From: Zygnema circumcarinatum SAG 698-1b
Lineage: Eukaryota > Plantae > Zygnematophyceae
Length of the DNA: 64,000 nucleotides
Direction of reading: 5' to 3'
Assembly (NCBI GenBank): GCA_037447605.1
Contig: CM074804.1
Location: 5,805,909-5,869,908 of the forward strand
Made by a program: the position numbers and the translations under genes. This document shows, piece by piece, positions 1-10,215 of the stretch. The notes beneath the pieces were generated by a model. That model did not search any database. It was not told the origin of the DNA and worked only from the letters and a program-made list of their open reading frames with translations. The first letter of the stretch is position 1, and every line of letters starts with the position of its first letter.

Positions 1-837
1 GGTCACGCTTTTGCGCTGTACGGTAAGTACGAATAAAATCTCTAAGTCGTACGGTATACGTACGGCACCAATAGGAGCTCGTGCATCTAAATCGCGGTAT
101 GATACGATACGATACGATACGTACGAACAGACATGAACTCTAACATAATACCGCTCGCCTATTTGTAACACGGACCTTATATTTGCAAATTACAATATTT
201 TCGCCCAGTATTTGCCGAAACCATGGCGAAAATATTGTGGGGGTCCACTGTATCGGCATGGGGGACCGGCAGCAGGGCTGTCCAATGGCAGACTGCCACG
301 TGGCAACCTCGACCCAAACCGGTCAGGTGAGGACAACTTTTCCGTAGGCTCGCCGCATCTCGCGGGCCACGCCGCGATGCGCGGCGCCGTACGTCGGTGC
401 ACAGTCGGATCCTGCGCGTGAGGCGCGGGGTCCGATTGTCTACAAGATCTCTCCTCCCGAAAGATCCAAAGAGGGGGGTGATTAGCCAAAAAAAAAGTAC
501 AATTTTTCCCAAAAGGGGGCGCCGATATCCAAAGAGTGGGGCCGCTGTATCATTTTCCTTATTTTAGGGTAGTGATATTTCCACCCCTTTTTTGGATCCA
601 AACACCCCTTCCCGGCCGGGCAGATTTCAAAAGGGATTAAAAACGGAAAATGCTTTTTTCACACCTTTTTGGAATCGATACCCACCTTCTTCCGTCGGCT
701 GATTTTATTTGTGCTAACCAAGGAAAATGATACCCCGTCACTGCATTTTGAATACTGTATCCCGCCTCCCTGAATTTTTGCGTTGCCGTAGGCAAAAGCT
801 TAGTCATCGTTTTGATCCGTACGACGGGTTCGATTAT

Positions 838-1240
838 GTTGTCAAAGATTAATTTAATGGAAATGGGGTATAGTTGCCGCGAGTCTGACGTTGCCACGTG
901 GCGCGTGCTGATTGGTTGTGCGTTTCGTTGGATCGAATGCGCAGAAAATGGGGTATATCGCGTTCCCATTCTGTCATTGCCACGGGTCGTTTTCTACGTA
1001 CGACAGCGTTCGATTTTGATGTTTTATGTGGCGTACGGATTCGGTTAGGTTGTCAAAGATGGATTTAATGAAAATGGGGTATAGTTGCCGCGAGTCTGAC
1101 GTTGCCACGTCGCGCGTCCTGATTGGTTGTGCGTTTCGTTGGATCGAATGCGCAGAAAATGGGGTATATCGCGTTCCCATTCTGTCATTGCCACGTGTCG
1201 TTTTCTATGTACGACAGCGCTCGTTTTGAATGTTTTACGG
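838..1240 (+). repeat. ~211-bp tandem duplication (about 1.9 copies) inside the TIR element
   Basis: GTTGTCAAAGAT...GCCACGT...TTCTA(C/T)GTACGACAGCG starts at 838 and again at 1049. The duplicated ORF starts MGTRYTPFSAH at 969 and 1180 give the same 211-bp period. Confidence 0.9.
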
Positions 1241-1549
1241 GACGTATTGTTGTAAATAGGGTATGTGTCGCAGCATGTTTAAAGTGGCCACGTGGTGCAT
1301 TCTAATTGGTTAAGTCGCACCTCGCGCAACTGAACAGAACACAATATTAAACAGCTTATGTGTTCGATCAGTTTCCGTTTCAGTTCACTTCACATAATTA
1401 AGGTTCGAAGACATTTCTATAAAAAGGCAACGCACGAGGATCTTGATCCGCAGCCTGTTGTTTTGTTGAGGGAAAGAAATATCTGCCAGCCCGAATCCGC
1501 TCGAAGTGGAAGATCCGTCCGCCACGAGATCGGTTGCGGGTGTCCGTCC

Positions 1550-1992
1550 TTCACACGTGTGTGTCAATCGCAGCTGTCGATTCCCTCGCAGATCGCATCA
1601 CTACAGGTCACCGTTCGATCTGCAGCCGGGCTCGATCTTAGCGAATGGAAAGCGCCCACGAGTCCCGTCAAAGCCGAATCGCTCGTGCGAGTGCACGCGT
1701 CCATCGGCCCGAGATCTCGTCATTGTTAGCTTCCAGCCAATCAACATCTGCCACGTCTTACATTTTTTACGTGGAAAATTTTGATTGGTCCAAGCTCTGA
1801 ATGTACGAAATTTTGGGTTCCTCAAAGTTGCGATCGTACGACATTTGTACGGACAAACGTTTGAGGCGACTTTGCCGGGATACGTGGGCACGTGCCATTC
1901 CCTGTGACCGAGCCCGGCTGCAGATCAAATAGTGATCTGCCGTGTTGCGATCTGCGAGGGAATCGACGGCTGCGATTGACCGCACGCGTGAA
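1550..1992. repeat. Inner inverted repeat (~85-bp arms) inside the TIR element
   Basis: 1550-1634 (TTCACACGTG...GATCTGCAGCCGGGCTCG) is the reverse complement of 1909-1992 with scattered mismatches. No TSD seen. Confidence 0.8.
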
Positions 1993-2403
1993 AAGAAATT
2001 CAGGTGGGCGGGATACAGTATTCTAAATGCAGTGACGGGGTATCATTTTCCTTGATTAGCAAAAATAAAATCAGACGACGGAAGAAGGTGGGTATCGATT
2101 CCAAAAAGTTGTGAAAAAAGCATTTTCCGTTTTTAATCCCTTTTGAAATCTGCCCGGCCGGGAAGGGGTGTTTGGATCCAAAAAAGGGGTGGAAATATCA
2201 CTACCCTTATTTTACCTTTGTATCTCCGGCCCAGGTTTGACTCCCCCCTTTTCGCCCCCCCGCGCTCCCTCCGCCGCCCGCCGCCCGCCACCCTCCGTTT
2301 TGTCGCCACGCGCGCCTCACACGTGCGAGAGGAGCTCGCACGTGCGTGACGCTCATGGCGACAAGGCGGGGCACGATTCCGCATCGGCGGAAAGCTGGAA
2401 TTT

Positions 2404-2437
2404 CGAAACGCAGGGCCTCCGGAGGCCCTGCGTTTCG
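2404..2437. repeat. 34-bp perfect palindrome
   Basis: CGAAACGCAGGGCCTCC|GGAGGCCCTGCGTTTCG read directly. Confidence 0.9.
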
Positions 2438-2683
2438 GCGAGCGGAATTCTGAAATTTGGGGGCATTTTTGTAACCTATTCCGCCGTACGGACGTGACAG
2501 ACAGGTTCGGGGGGAGCCGCGGTTTCCGATCCGAATTCTGCAATCGAAATCAATACCTTTTCGCCGGCGAAATCTTTCAATTCCGCCGGCGATGGTCAAG
2601 GTCTGACTCCCCCTGATAGAAGTGACTATTAGTAGAAGGAATTCGGGAATTTCGTAAGCGATGGTCAAGGTCTGACTCCCCCT

Positions 2684-2736
2684 ATTCGATGGCATCGCCA
2701 TCGTGAAATCAATGCCACATCCTCTTCTCAACTAGG
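2684..2736 (+). mobile_element. CRE-like retroelement 3'-end remnant (copy A)
   Basis: ATTCGATGGCATCGCCATCGTGAAATCAATGCCAC...TCAACTAGG matches the family motif. Confidence 0.7.
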
Positions 2737-2747
2737 TGGCAAAAAAC

Positions 2748-3040
2748 ATGATCCATGCATCCATGCATCCATGCATCCATGCATGCATCCGTCCATCCAT
2801 ACCCTCCCGTCTAGTCCGGTCCGGTCCCGTCCAGTCTGCCGCGCGCTAGTCATCATGAACCGTACGTACTCAGCGCGTCTTGCGGGTCCGTACGGGGCCT
2901 GCCAGCCTGGCTCGCCAGTTCACCCGCCGGGCCCACTAGCCCGCCTCAAGCCCGCCCTCCCTCGAAGCAGCCGCGAAGGTCGCTTTCTCATTACTTTATA
3001 ACGCATGACGCGTCCGTCCGTCCGTCCGTCCGTCCGTCCG
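2748..3040. repeat. Simple-repeat island: (ATCCATGC)n, GTCCG-type repeats, (GTCC)n
   Basis: ATCCATGCATCCATGCATCCATGC at about 2751-2785 and (GTCC)7 at about 3011-3040. Confidence 0.7.
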
Positions 3041-3394
3041 CCAGCGCTGGAGGCGTCCGTCGGCAAGTCCGCTTCGGCATCCAATAGCACTTGACGTGAC
3101 TTGACGTGACGTGAGCGCGATCCGATCGCCCTGCTACCGTACCGTTTCGTACGGTGCCCGTGGACGAGCTCGCAAGTAGGCAGAGGGCGCGCTCTCGCCG
3201 CGCCGCCGAGAGGGAGGGAGGGAGGGGGGGAGGGGGCAGCCGCCGGGCCGAAGCCCAACCCAGTCCAGTCCGGTCCGGGGAGTGCTCCGAGCAAGCTTCC
3301 TACTTCGCTGAGGTGGCTGTGCTTGTCAGGGTACGCCAAGGCTTGCAAGGGACACGTCATGCATTTACTCACATCTGGCTCAAAGCCTTTCTTT

Positions 3395-3490
3395 CGTTCC
3401 TAGGTCATTCGTGTCCAGTTCGTCTTGAGAAACATTTTGACTTTGTCCATGTACATTCGATGGCATCGCCATGGTGAGATCAATACCAAT
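3395..3490 (+). mobile_element. CRE-like retroelement 3'-end remnant (copy B)
   Basis: GTTCCTAGGTCATTCG...TTTGTCCATGTACATTCGATGGCATCGCCATGGTGAGATCAAT. It shares GTTCCTAGGTCATTCG with the copy at 53895. Confidence 0.75.
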
Positions 3491-3583
3491 TCATTTCTCG
3501 TCTGTTGGTCTAATAAAATATAGCTGAGACGGGTTTACGGATGGCACATCGGCTCCGGGCCTATGCCTGAGCCAGGCAACGGC

Positions 3584-6500
3584 TCACTCACGTATATGAT
3601 GTTGTGCAATGCTTGCAGGATGCCCTAAGTGGTCCTGCAAGGCCCTGGCAGGGCAGGGAACAACAAGTCTGTGTCTGGGAGGCGGGCTAACGATAATGGG
3701 TGACGTACTGCTTCCTCCAAAGCGACCACTGTTCTTGCATTTAACAGGAGAAGGAGATACGAGATCAATGACAACCACCTGCTTCACTTTATGCAACTGA
3801 GAAGCATTAGGTCTTACGGAGTCCTCACTAGTAGTTCTCTGTGTATATGCATTCCGACGACCCCACGCGCAGTGTAAAGGTTTGTCAATGCCGATTGACA
3901 CCTGCTCGTTACTGCAACTCCGTTGTGCATCGGCCACTGGAGATTTCCTCTGCAAAAGGTTACTCTCCCTCTCACTGCAGTCGATTCCTTTGGCGGCCGT
4001 CTGGGATAAGCTCGTGCTCTCTTTGAAATGGTGCCCACGGTCGTTACTGACTTCCTCGTTAGCGTTCTCCCCTAGCCAGCAGTCTCCAAGCAGCTTCTCC
4101 ACTCCCCAGTCGCTACTCTCTATGCCTCCTGCAACACTCACCCTGTTCGACTCCTCACAGCTTTGTATACTCCATGTCGTCCTTGAAAGAGCAGCTTCCC
4201 CATGTTGAATGTTGCCCTCTACTTCCCGCAGAGGAGCTCTGCTTTCATGAAGAGGTGACAGATCGGCTAGAAACCCTTGGAACTTGCCGGCCTTTTCCTT
4301 TGGCTTCCTGACCTTTATCTCACATTTAGATTGCCGGGTGAAACTGCTGGGGATCGTTCCATTCGGCGTCGCATCAGAAGTGATGTAATTTGAAGTACGC
4401 CCTGTGCCAAGTAAGGTGATCTCCTCATTTTTCCGCTCCCATGAGAGCCCAACTTCCCTAAGTGGCGCCTTCTTCACCATGTGAAACTTCGTGATGGCAC
4501 TCTGCGAGAGGGAGAGTGCTGCTAGTGAACAGTCGTCTATCGCTTCGTGGCTTCTGGCAGGACAGCCCACCTCTGCGCTTGACTTCATCGATTTTTCAGT
4601 CGAGACTTTCAAGGATTTTTGGGCCCTGAACTCAGCGATCTTCTCTGGGTATGCCCTGCAGAGTCTCGACATGACCCGATGTCAAACCAACCACACTTCC
4701 GGACCATGTTTTTTTTTTTTTGCCGTCGTATACCACTGGAAAGTGTGCCAGTAAGCGACACTACATGGACTAGCCATATGAATAATCGCGTATGAATAAA
4801 GTCAGCAATGTTGAAAGAAAAAAATATGAAATGGTCTATAGACACTTTAGGAATGACATGGTGCAGTTGCAGCAGTCACCTCTCCACGAGACTTGCTTCC
4901 ACAATGCTGTCTGTGACAGCAGGGGTGCCGCTCCATGCGACTGCGTAGAACGGCCGGCCGTAGTGCACGTGTCGCTTCACCACTCGCTCCACCCGATACT
5001 CCGCAAAACGCGTCACGTCACGCCACTCGGCCTCCTGCCGTACACGCCAAGCCATCGAAGGAATGAGACTTTCGGTGGAGGCCTTGCCAGAGGACCGACC
5101 CAGCCGACCCAGTGGGTCTATGGGTCACAATGCATGCTAGAAAGAAAATGGCATTGAACTCACGATGGAGAGGCCATCAAATGTACATGGACAAAAGCAG
5201 CATGTGAGGATTATAACTGGGAAAGTGCCTGAAAGATTTCAAGGTGCCAAACGAAGCTTACTCTCAAACCAACGGAGGCCGGAGTAGAGTCTTCACTCAA
5301 CTCCATAGCTAGAACCTTTCTTCGCAGGTCCCTTTCCGCCAGCTTTGGCAGCACATACTTCGCTGTAATCAAGTACCTCAACGCATTGAAAAGGGAGCTA
5401 GAATGAGGGTTTCGTTCTATATGTTGCTTGAGGGGCATCGAATGGTCAGTGGATTCATTTGATGAGAAGAGTTTCTACAGCAGTGTCGACATCTTCAGCA
5501 CACACGTTCTTCTTGCGTCAAAAAGCGCCCTGACATCCATCCTCTCTCAGCAGTGGAGCATGCGGACTACCGACCTGTCACGTCGTTGGGCCAGCCCATA
5601 AGTCCGCGTAGCAGCTCTGCGAGGTCATCCAGTCGCACCAATCGGGGCTGGCCCAGCGCCCTGCATCCCAGATTTCCGGTTATCCTGCAGCTACTCTTCT
5701 TCGCTCTGCAACCGCGCTCTTGCGGCTTCAGCTGCATCTTGACCAGCGACAGTGAAAGGGCAGAAATAATGCCCCCTCTCCACAGAATCCTATTTTTTCG
5801 GCCATGGAAACATCAAAAAACACAAGAAATGATTTGAGTAGGAGTAAAACACTCACTTGCGAAGGGGGTCCGAGTCGATTTGGTGGCATTTTGGATGCAA
5901 GTACGCCTCCATACATTGCTCAGCCAATGTCTGCTCGTTCAACGTGGGCGAGGCTGCATTAGCAGCCCCCCCAATAGCATGTATTTAGCATACAGTTGGA
6001 ATGCACTGAAAGCACCTTAAGCTGTCCCTGGACCTGCCCCTCCCGCTCTCTCTCCCACCTTTCCCCCCGTTCTCCTCCTCCTCCTCCGCCTTTCGCGGCG
6101 GCTTCCTCCTCGCAGCGGTCGCTCCCTCCCTCGCGGCCCCTCGCGCTGCTGCCAGGTGGCGCACGCCGCCATCCTTCATGGCGCAGAGCACGCGGGCATC
6201 GCCCAAGGCTTGCACGAAGCGAGCTGCTTTGACCTGCATGGCATTGCCGGCAGCACACCAAGGATCAGTTGCACCGCGCAGCTTCAATTGTGCGAATATG
6301 CAAGGGAGGGCCTAAGCGAGTGACGCATGCTGCAAGGTCACAGTGGCCTTAACATCGCCTGCGACACCTGCAATTGGGTGAATATCGGCCTTCTTATCGT
6401 GACCTGACTACAGATGCAGGCACTTCAGATTTAACAGATAACTTACTCAGAAACCCTCCTCCACGTGCATGTTTCGGAATGCAAAGCTTACCGAAGAGAA

Positions 6501-9411
6501 AACCTGGCAAGTAGTAAGTCTTCCGTGATGGTAGCGTGCGGTGAAAATCAGCATTTGTTCTCAGCGTAAAGACACGCGCTCCTTCTTGCTTGGAATCTGT
6601 AAATTTTGAGCGAGAAATAAGGACAGGAATTGCTTGCGAAGGACTGACCTTGTTGAGCCCGTGAAATTTGGGCGCATAGTCCGACCCCAGAAGCACTCCA
6701 AGGGCGATCTGCGTCACCCTCCCCTCCCCCCCCCTCTCCACTCAGCCACCACTCTCGCTCGCCTCTGCCGGCATGCGGCCTAACAGCTTCATATCACTCA
6801 ATCATCTGGAGTCGCTCACCCTAGCTAATAATAAAAGCAGTGCACTGCTGGATTGTAAGCACAGCAATTCTTCATATTTGACCAATTTAAACGAGGTCAT
6901 GGCTGTCGTTATCTTTAAGGCTGAGCATAAAATGAAGCCGTCGGGTTTCTCCAATGAGTACTTCCACATCACAATCTGGCAGAGGATAGACCGAAGAAGG
7001 CTCACCAAAGAATTCCGGCCATATCCAAGCACTTGTTGAATTCTATCGGCTGAGTAGAGCTCGCACGTACTCCGGCCTGATAGCATTCAACACATCGCTG
7101 CACAGCAGACTTAACTCCCGCATTGCTGCCTGCTGCCTTGCATTCACTGCAAATGGACAGAGCAGGGTTTGAAGGGACTGCGATGTATGCGGCATGCAAT
7201 GGAACAGTTCCCTCCACCTCAACGAGTTAAATAACAATGTGTTCATTCATTAGTGAAATGACCTGGTAGAATAGTAAGATCTCGTAGAACATGGGTGGCC
7301 CCAAAAAGGAATGAGTCGGAGTCTCCAGTGCAGCAGATGTCCTGCAAAGAGCCCCCAAAACAAGTCTTGCATTTTTTGAGCTTTACTTATCCTAGCTCGG
7401 AAAGGGGGTCACGTTCGCAAACTCCGGAGCAAAAACGGAAACGAACCAAGTTAACAGTGAAAAACAGTTCTCCTTAACGGCATGTGTCAGGTTGATGAGA
7501 ATGGCCTAAGTTAGTACTGCTCCGTCGACTTCATGCACCATAGCAATGCATGCCTGCTTGAACTCAAAGCAGGAAAGCAACGCGTATGGAAACTCACGCA
7601 GAGTCCTGCAGCGTTGAGGATGGCACATTGAGCCTCTGCCTCCTCCGGGCTGCACGCCCCATCCCACCCTGTCTTTAGCGCTCAAGCTGTACCTGTTTAA
7701 ACATAATCATAAAACACGCCGTGCACGCCATCGTTGCGCACGCCATTGCTGAACACTACACGAGTTCATAGCCACAATCGAGGTCCTCGCAAAGCAGAGA
7801 TGCAAGGAAAAGATTGCCAGGGATTGCCAGGTATTGCCAGGGGTGGCTGCTGGCAAGCATACTCTACCCTCCCTTATTTCCTCATTCACTTTTTTAAGGC
7901 TGATCACCACAATCCAAACTAACTCCATCCCCCGTTCCGAGGCAGCATCTATGGAAGCAACCAAGGCGCAGCCCGACCCTCCCTCCCAGTGCGGCTGCCG
8001 CCCACCTGGCAAGGACCGCCACCCCCAGAGCGCGGGCAAGCGCGGCGGCCTCCGCGACCATGCGCGCAAACTCGGAGGACTTGCTGCGGCGGCCGCCCGG
8101 CGCGCTCTGTCACGACGCGCATCACAAAGGAGCTCACGAGTGCTTCAGAACGCCTTGGTTCAGTTACATAGCTCCAAAGCGTAGGGTTTCCAGGCTTGGA
8201 CGAGCTTATCGGTACACGCAGTAGCAGTCAATTCGATATGATTCGAAGGTGTTGTGTTTAGAAGTGAAGAGATAAAGATTATGGAGATGAGGTACTGCAG
8301 ACCTTTTCGATGGGCTTGGGCTGAAGTGCAGGGCGGGACGTCCTTGAGGGACACTCCAGACGTTGGCGGTAGGCAGGCAGCTTGATGGCAGGGATTTCGC
8401 CGTCTACACCGCACACACGCATCGTCAGCAAGTTGGGGAATGGCTCCAACAGCCTCAAAGATGAAGAAAAGCCGAAGGAAGGGAGACCTGGGGCTTCTGG
8501 AGGCCACGTGGAAAAAATGGAAGAGAGTCGGAGCGGGAGAAGGGCACTCTACATTCTGGCAATGGGTGTAGGAACATGGGCTACCCTTGTACAAGAAGCT
8601 TGGAGGTTGCAAACCAGACAGACGACAAATGCCGAATGAAAGAAAACTGGCAGAAATTCTCGATCTTCCTTACCTACTAGCGGTTATTTTCGCTTACGGT
8701 ACTTATTACCTATTACAAAGTATTAACAATATTAAATATTAAGGGATAATATTAAGTACTTATTACCTATTACAAAAATAAGTGTGCAGTTGAGACCCAG
8801 AAGGGTGCGCACACGATGGAAAAGGCCGCGCAAATAGGGCTTCGTGGCGAGAGAGCCATGGCTCGCATGTGCCAGCTCGCAGACCCAGTAGGACAGGTCA
8901 ACGCACAGGCGCTTGTTCCTGCATGGACGGCCTTCACTGAAACAAAGTTATTCGCGTCGTCGATTCATTGCTTTTTTTTTGGAGAAATAACTGCACTGCG
9001 AAATTAGGTTCCTCCAATGTGGTTTTTGGCTCAAGGCAAATCACTTCAACCGATCAGTTTGTACCTCTGTACGCCCGACAATCAATTTGCTCCCAAGTTC
9101 CCTTTATGACGATTTTTCCTCAAACGAGACCATGAAATTTTTCAATCGACGCGGCGTGATCCCCATAAAGGTACATTCGGAAACGATACGGATATTTATT
9201 CCGTATCGTTAATCTCACGCTTACTCGTCTTACTCAACAATCGTACACTCCGAAATACACACATACATGCATACTAACATACACTGCATCACAAATATAA
9301 CCTCTAATCAGGCTTAAAATCAATTTAGAAACGAAAAACATACGCAATTTCCTCCAGTCTGCATTCTCTCTTTGCAGGTTCCAAGATGCTCCAAAGGTGA
9401 TTCACCCCCAT
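3584..9411 (-). CDS. SEND1: XPG/Rad2-family flap/Holliday junction endonuclease, SEND1/GEN-like (multi-exon)
   Basis: Spliced exons give MGVNHLWSILEP..NKRLCVDLSYW..YLRGLFHRVRTLLGLNC..DGEIPAIK, SEFARMVAEA, EEAEAQCAILN, TGDSDSFLFGA, LLGSDY, KYVLPKLAERDLRR, and a chromo-like EYRVERVVKR..AYPEKIAEF followed by a long disordered tail. These motifs match plant SEND1/GEN2. Confidence 0.9.
5149..5196 (-). mobile_element. CRE-like retroelement 3'-end remnant (copy C), in a SEND1 intron
   Basis: Plus-strand GGCATTGAACTCACGATGGAGAGGCCATCAAATGTACATGGACAAAAG is the reverse complement of the motif. Confidence 0.75.
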
Positions 9412-9608
9412 GGCGCACTAGAGTGCGAGAGTGTGAGAATCGCTTTCAGCCCCCGCGACTCAGTAATGAGGAGCTATCACCGGGTGGCATACGAGAGCCC
9501 GTCCCTCTCCCCCCAAGCGACTGCGGCTCCCGCCATGGCGTGGGGGCGCCATAACGGCCCTCTCTCCCTCCCTCCCCCCTCCGGAGGCTTTCAAATTTTC
9601 AAATAAGT

Positions 9609-9774
9609 GTACGGCCTGTAACCGTGCAGTACAGTACTGTACTGTACAGTACAGTTAGGCCGTATGGTACCGTACGGCGAGTTTGCCGTACGCAGGCCAT
9701 TGGCTGAAATGTACGGCCGCGGCTCTTTGGGGCCCTGCTGGCTGCTGCCGTACATCCGAGGTGGCGGGCCGTAC
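9609..9774. promoter_or_regulatory. GTAC-dense palindromic cluster in the SEND1/kinase divergent promoter
   Basis: 12 GTAC cores in 166 bp by manual count, with overlapping palindromes CAGTACAGTACTGTACTG and CTGTACTGTACAGTACAG. Regulatory function is inferred. Confidence 0.4.
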
Positions 9775-9789
9775 GGCGAAAGCGACATT

Positions 9790-10140
9790 CGAGGCCGGAA
9801 AGGGAAAGGGGCGCTCCTACAAAGGGGAGGGGAGGGGGCGGCGAGGGCGGAGGGAGGAGAAGGCGGAGGAGTACACAGGGAGAGACGCGGAGGGAAAGGG
9901 AGAAAAGCGGGAGAAAGGGGGAGGAGGAGGAGGTAGAGGGAGGAGTGAAATCGAGAGAGGTTCGGAGGGGGTGGATGCCAGCTGGGTGGAGAGGAAGGAA
10001 AGGAGAGGTGGGAATAGAGGAGGGAAGGAGAAAAAAATCAGAGGAGAGGTAGGGAAAGAACGAGGGAGAAGGGAGGGAGAGGAGAGAATCGAATCTGAAA
10101 AATTGCAGATCTTAGGAGGGAAGAGGGGTTTGGAAGGGAG
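9790..10140 (+). repeat. Polypurine (GA-rich) low-complexity tract upstream of the kinase ATG
   Basis: About 350 bp of mostly G/A, probably 5' UTR or promoter. Confidence 0.7.
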
Positions 10141-10215
10141 AAGGACGAGGCAGAGTGACTCTTCTTGTAGATGCGGTAGGGCTTCTTGCGTGATTGAGAA
10201 GTAACGCCTGGAACT

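Larger units (their letters stand above)
567..2206. mobile_element. Non-autonomous TIR DNA transposon (MULE/foldback-like), ~211-bp TIRs, 8-bp TSD TTATTTTA
   Basis: 567-777 is the reverse complement of 1996-2206 with only about 7 mismatches by eye. The ends are GGGTAGTG...CACTACCC. TTATTTTA lies at both 559-566 and 2207-2214. No transposase ORF inside. Confidence 0.85.

Noticed and set aside
2960-2985. 22-bp match to the retro ORF end (GACCTTCGCGGCTGCTTC) on the minus strand
   Set aside because: Too short, and the flanks do not continue the family 3' UTR, so it was not counted as a copy.
8572-8639. Plus-strand ATGGGTGTAGGA (MGVG...) resembling an XPG/GEN1 start
   Set aside because: Wrong strand and inside an intron. 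The real start MGVNHLW is at 9411 on the minus strand and splices in frame to NKRLCVDLS.
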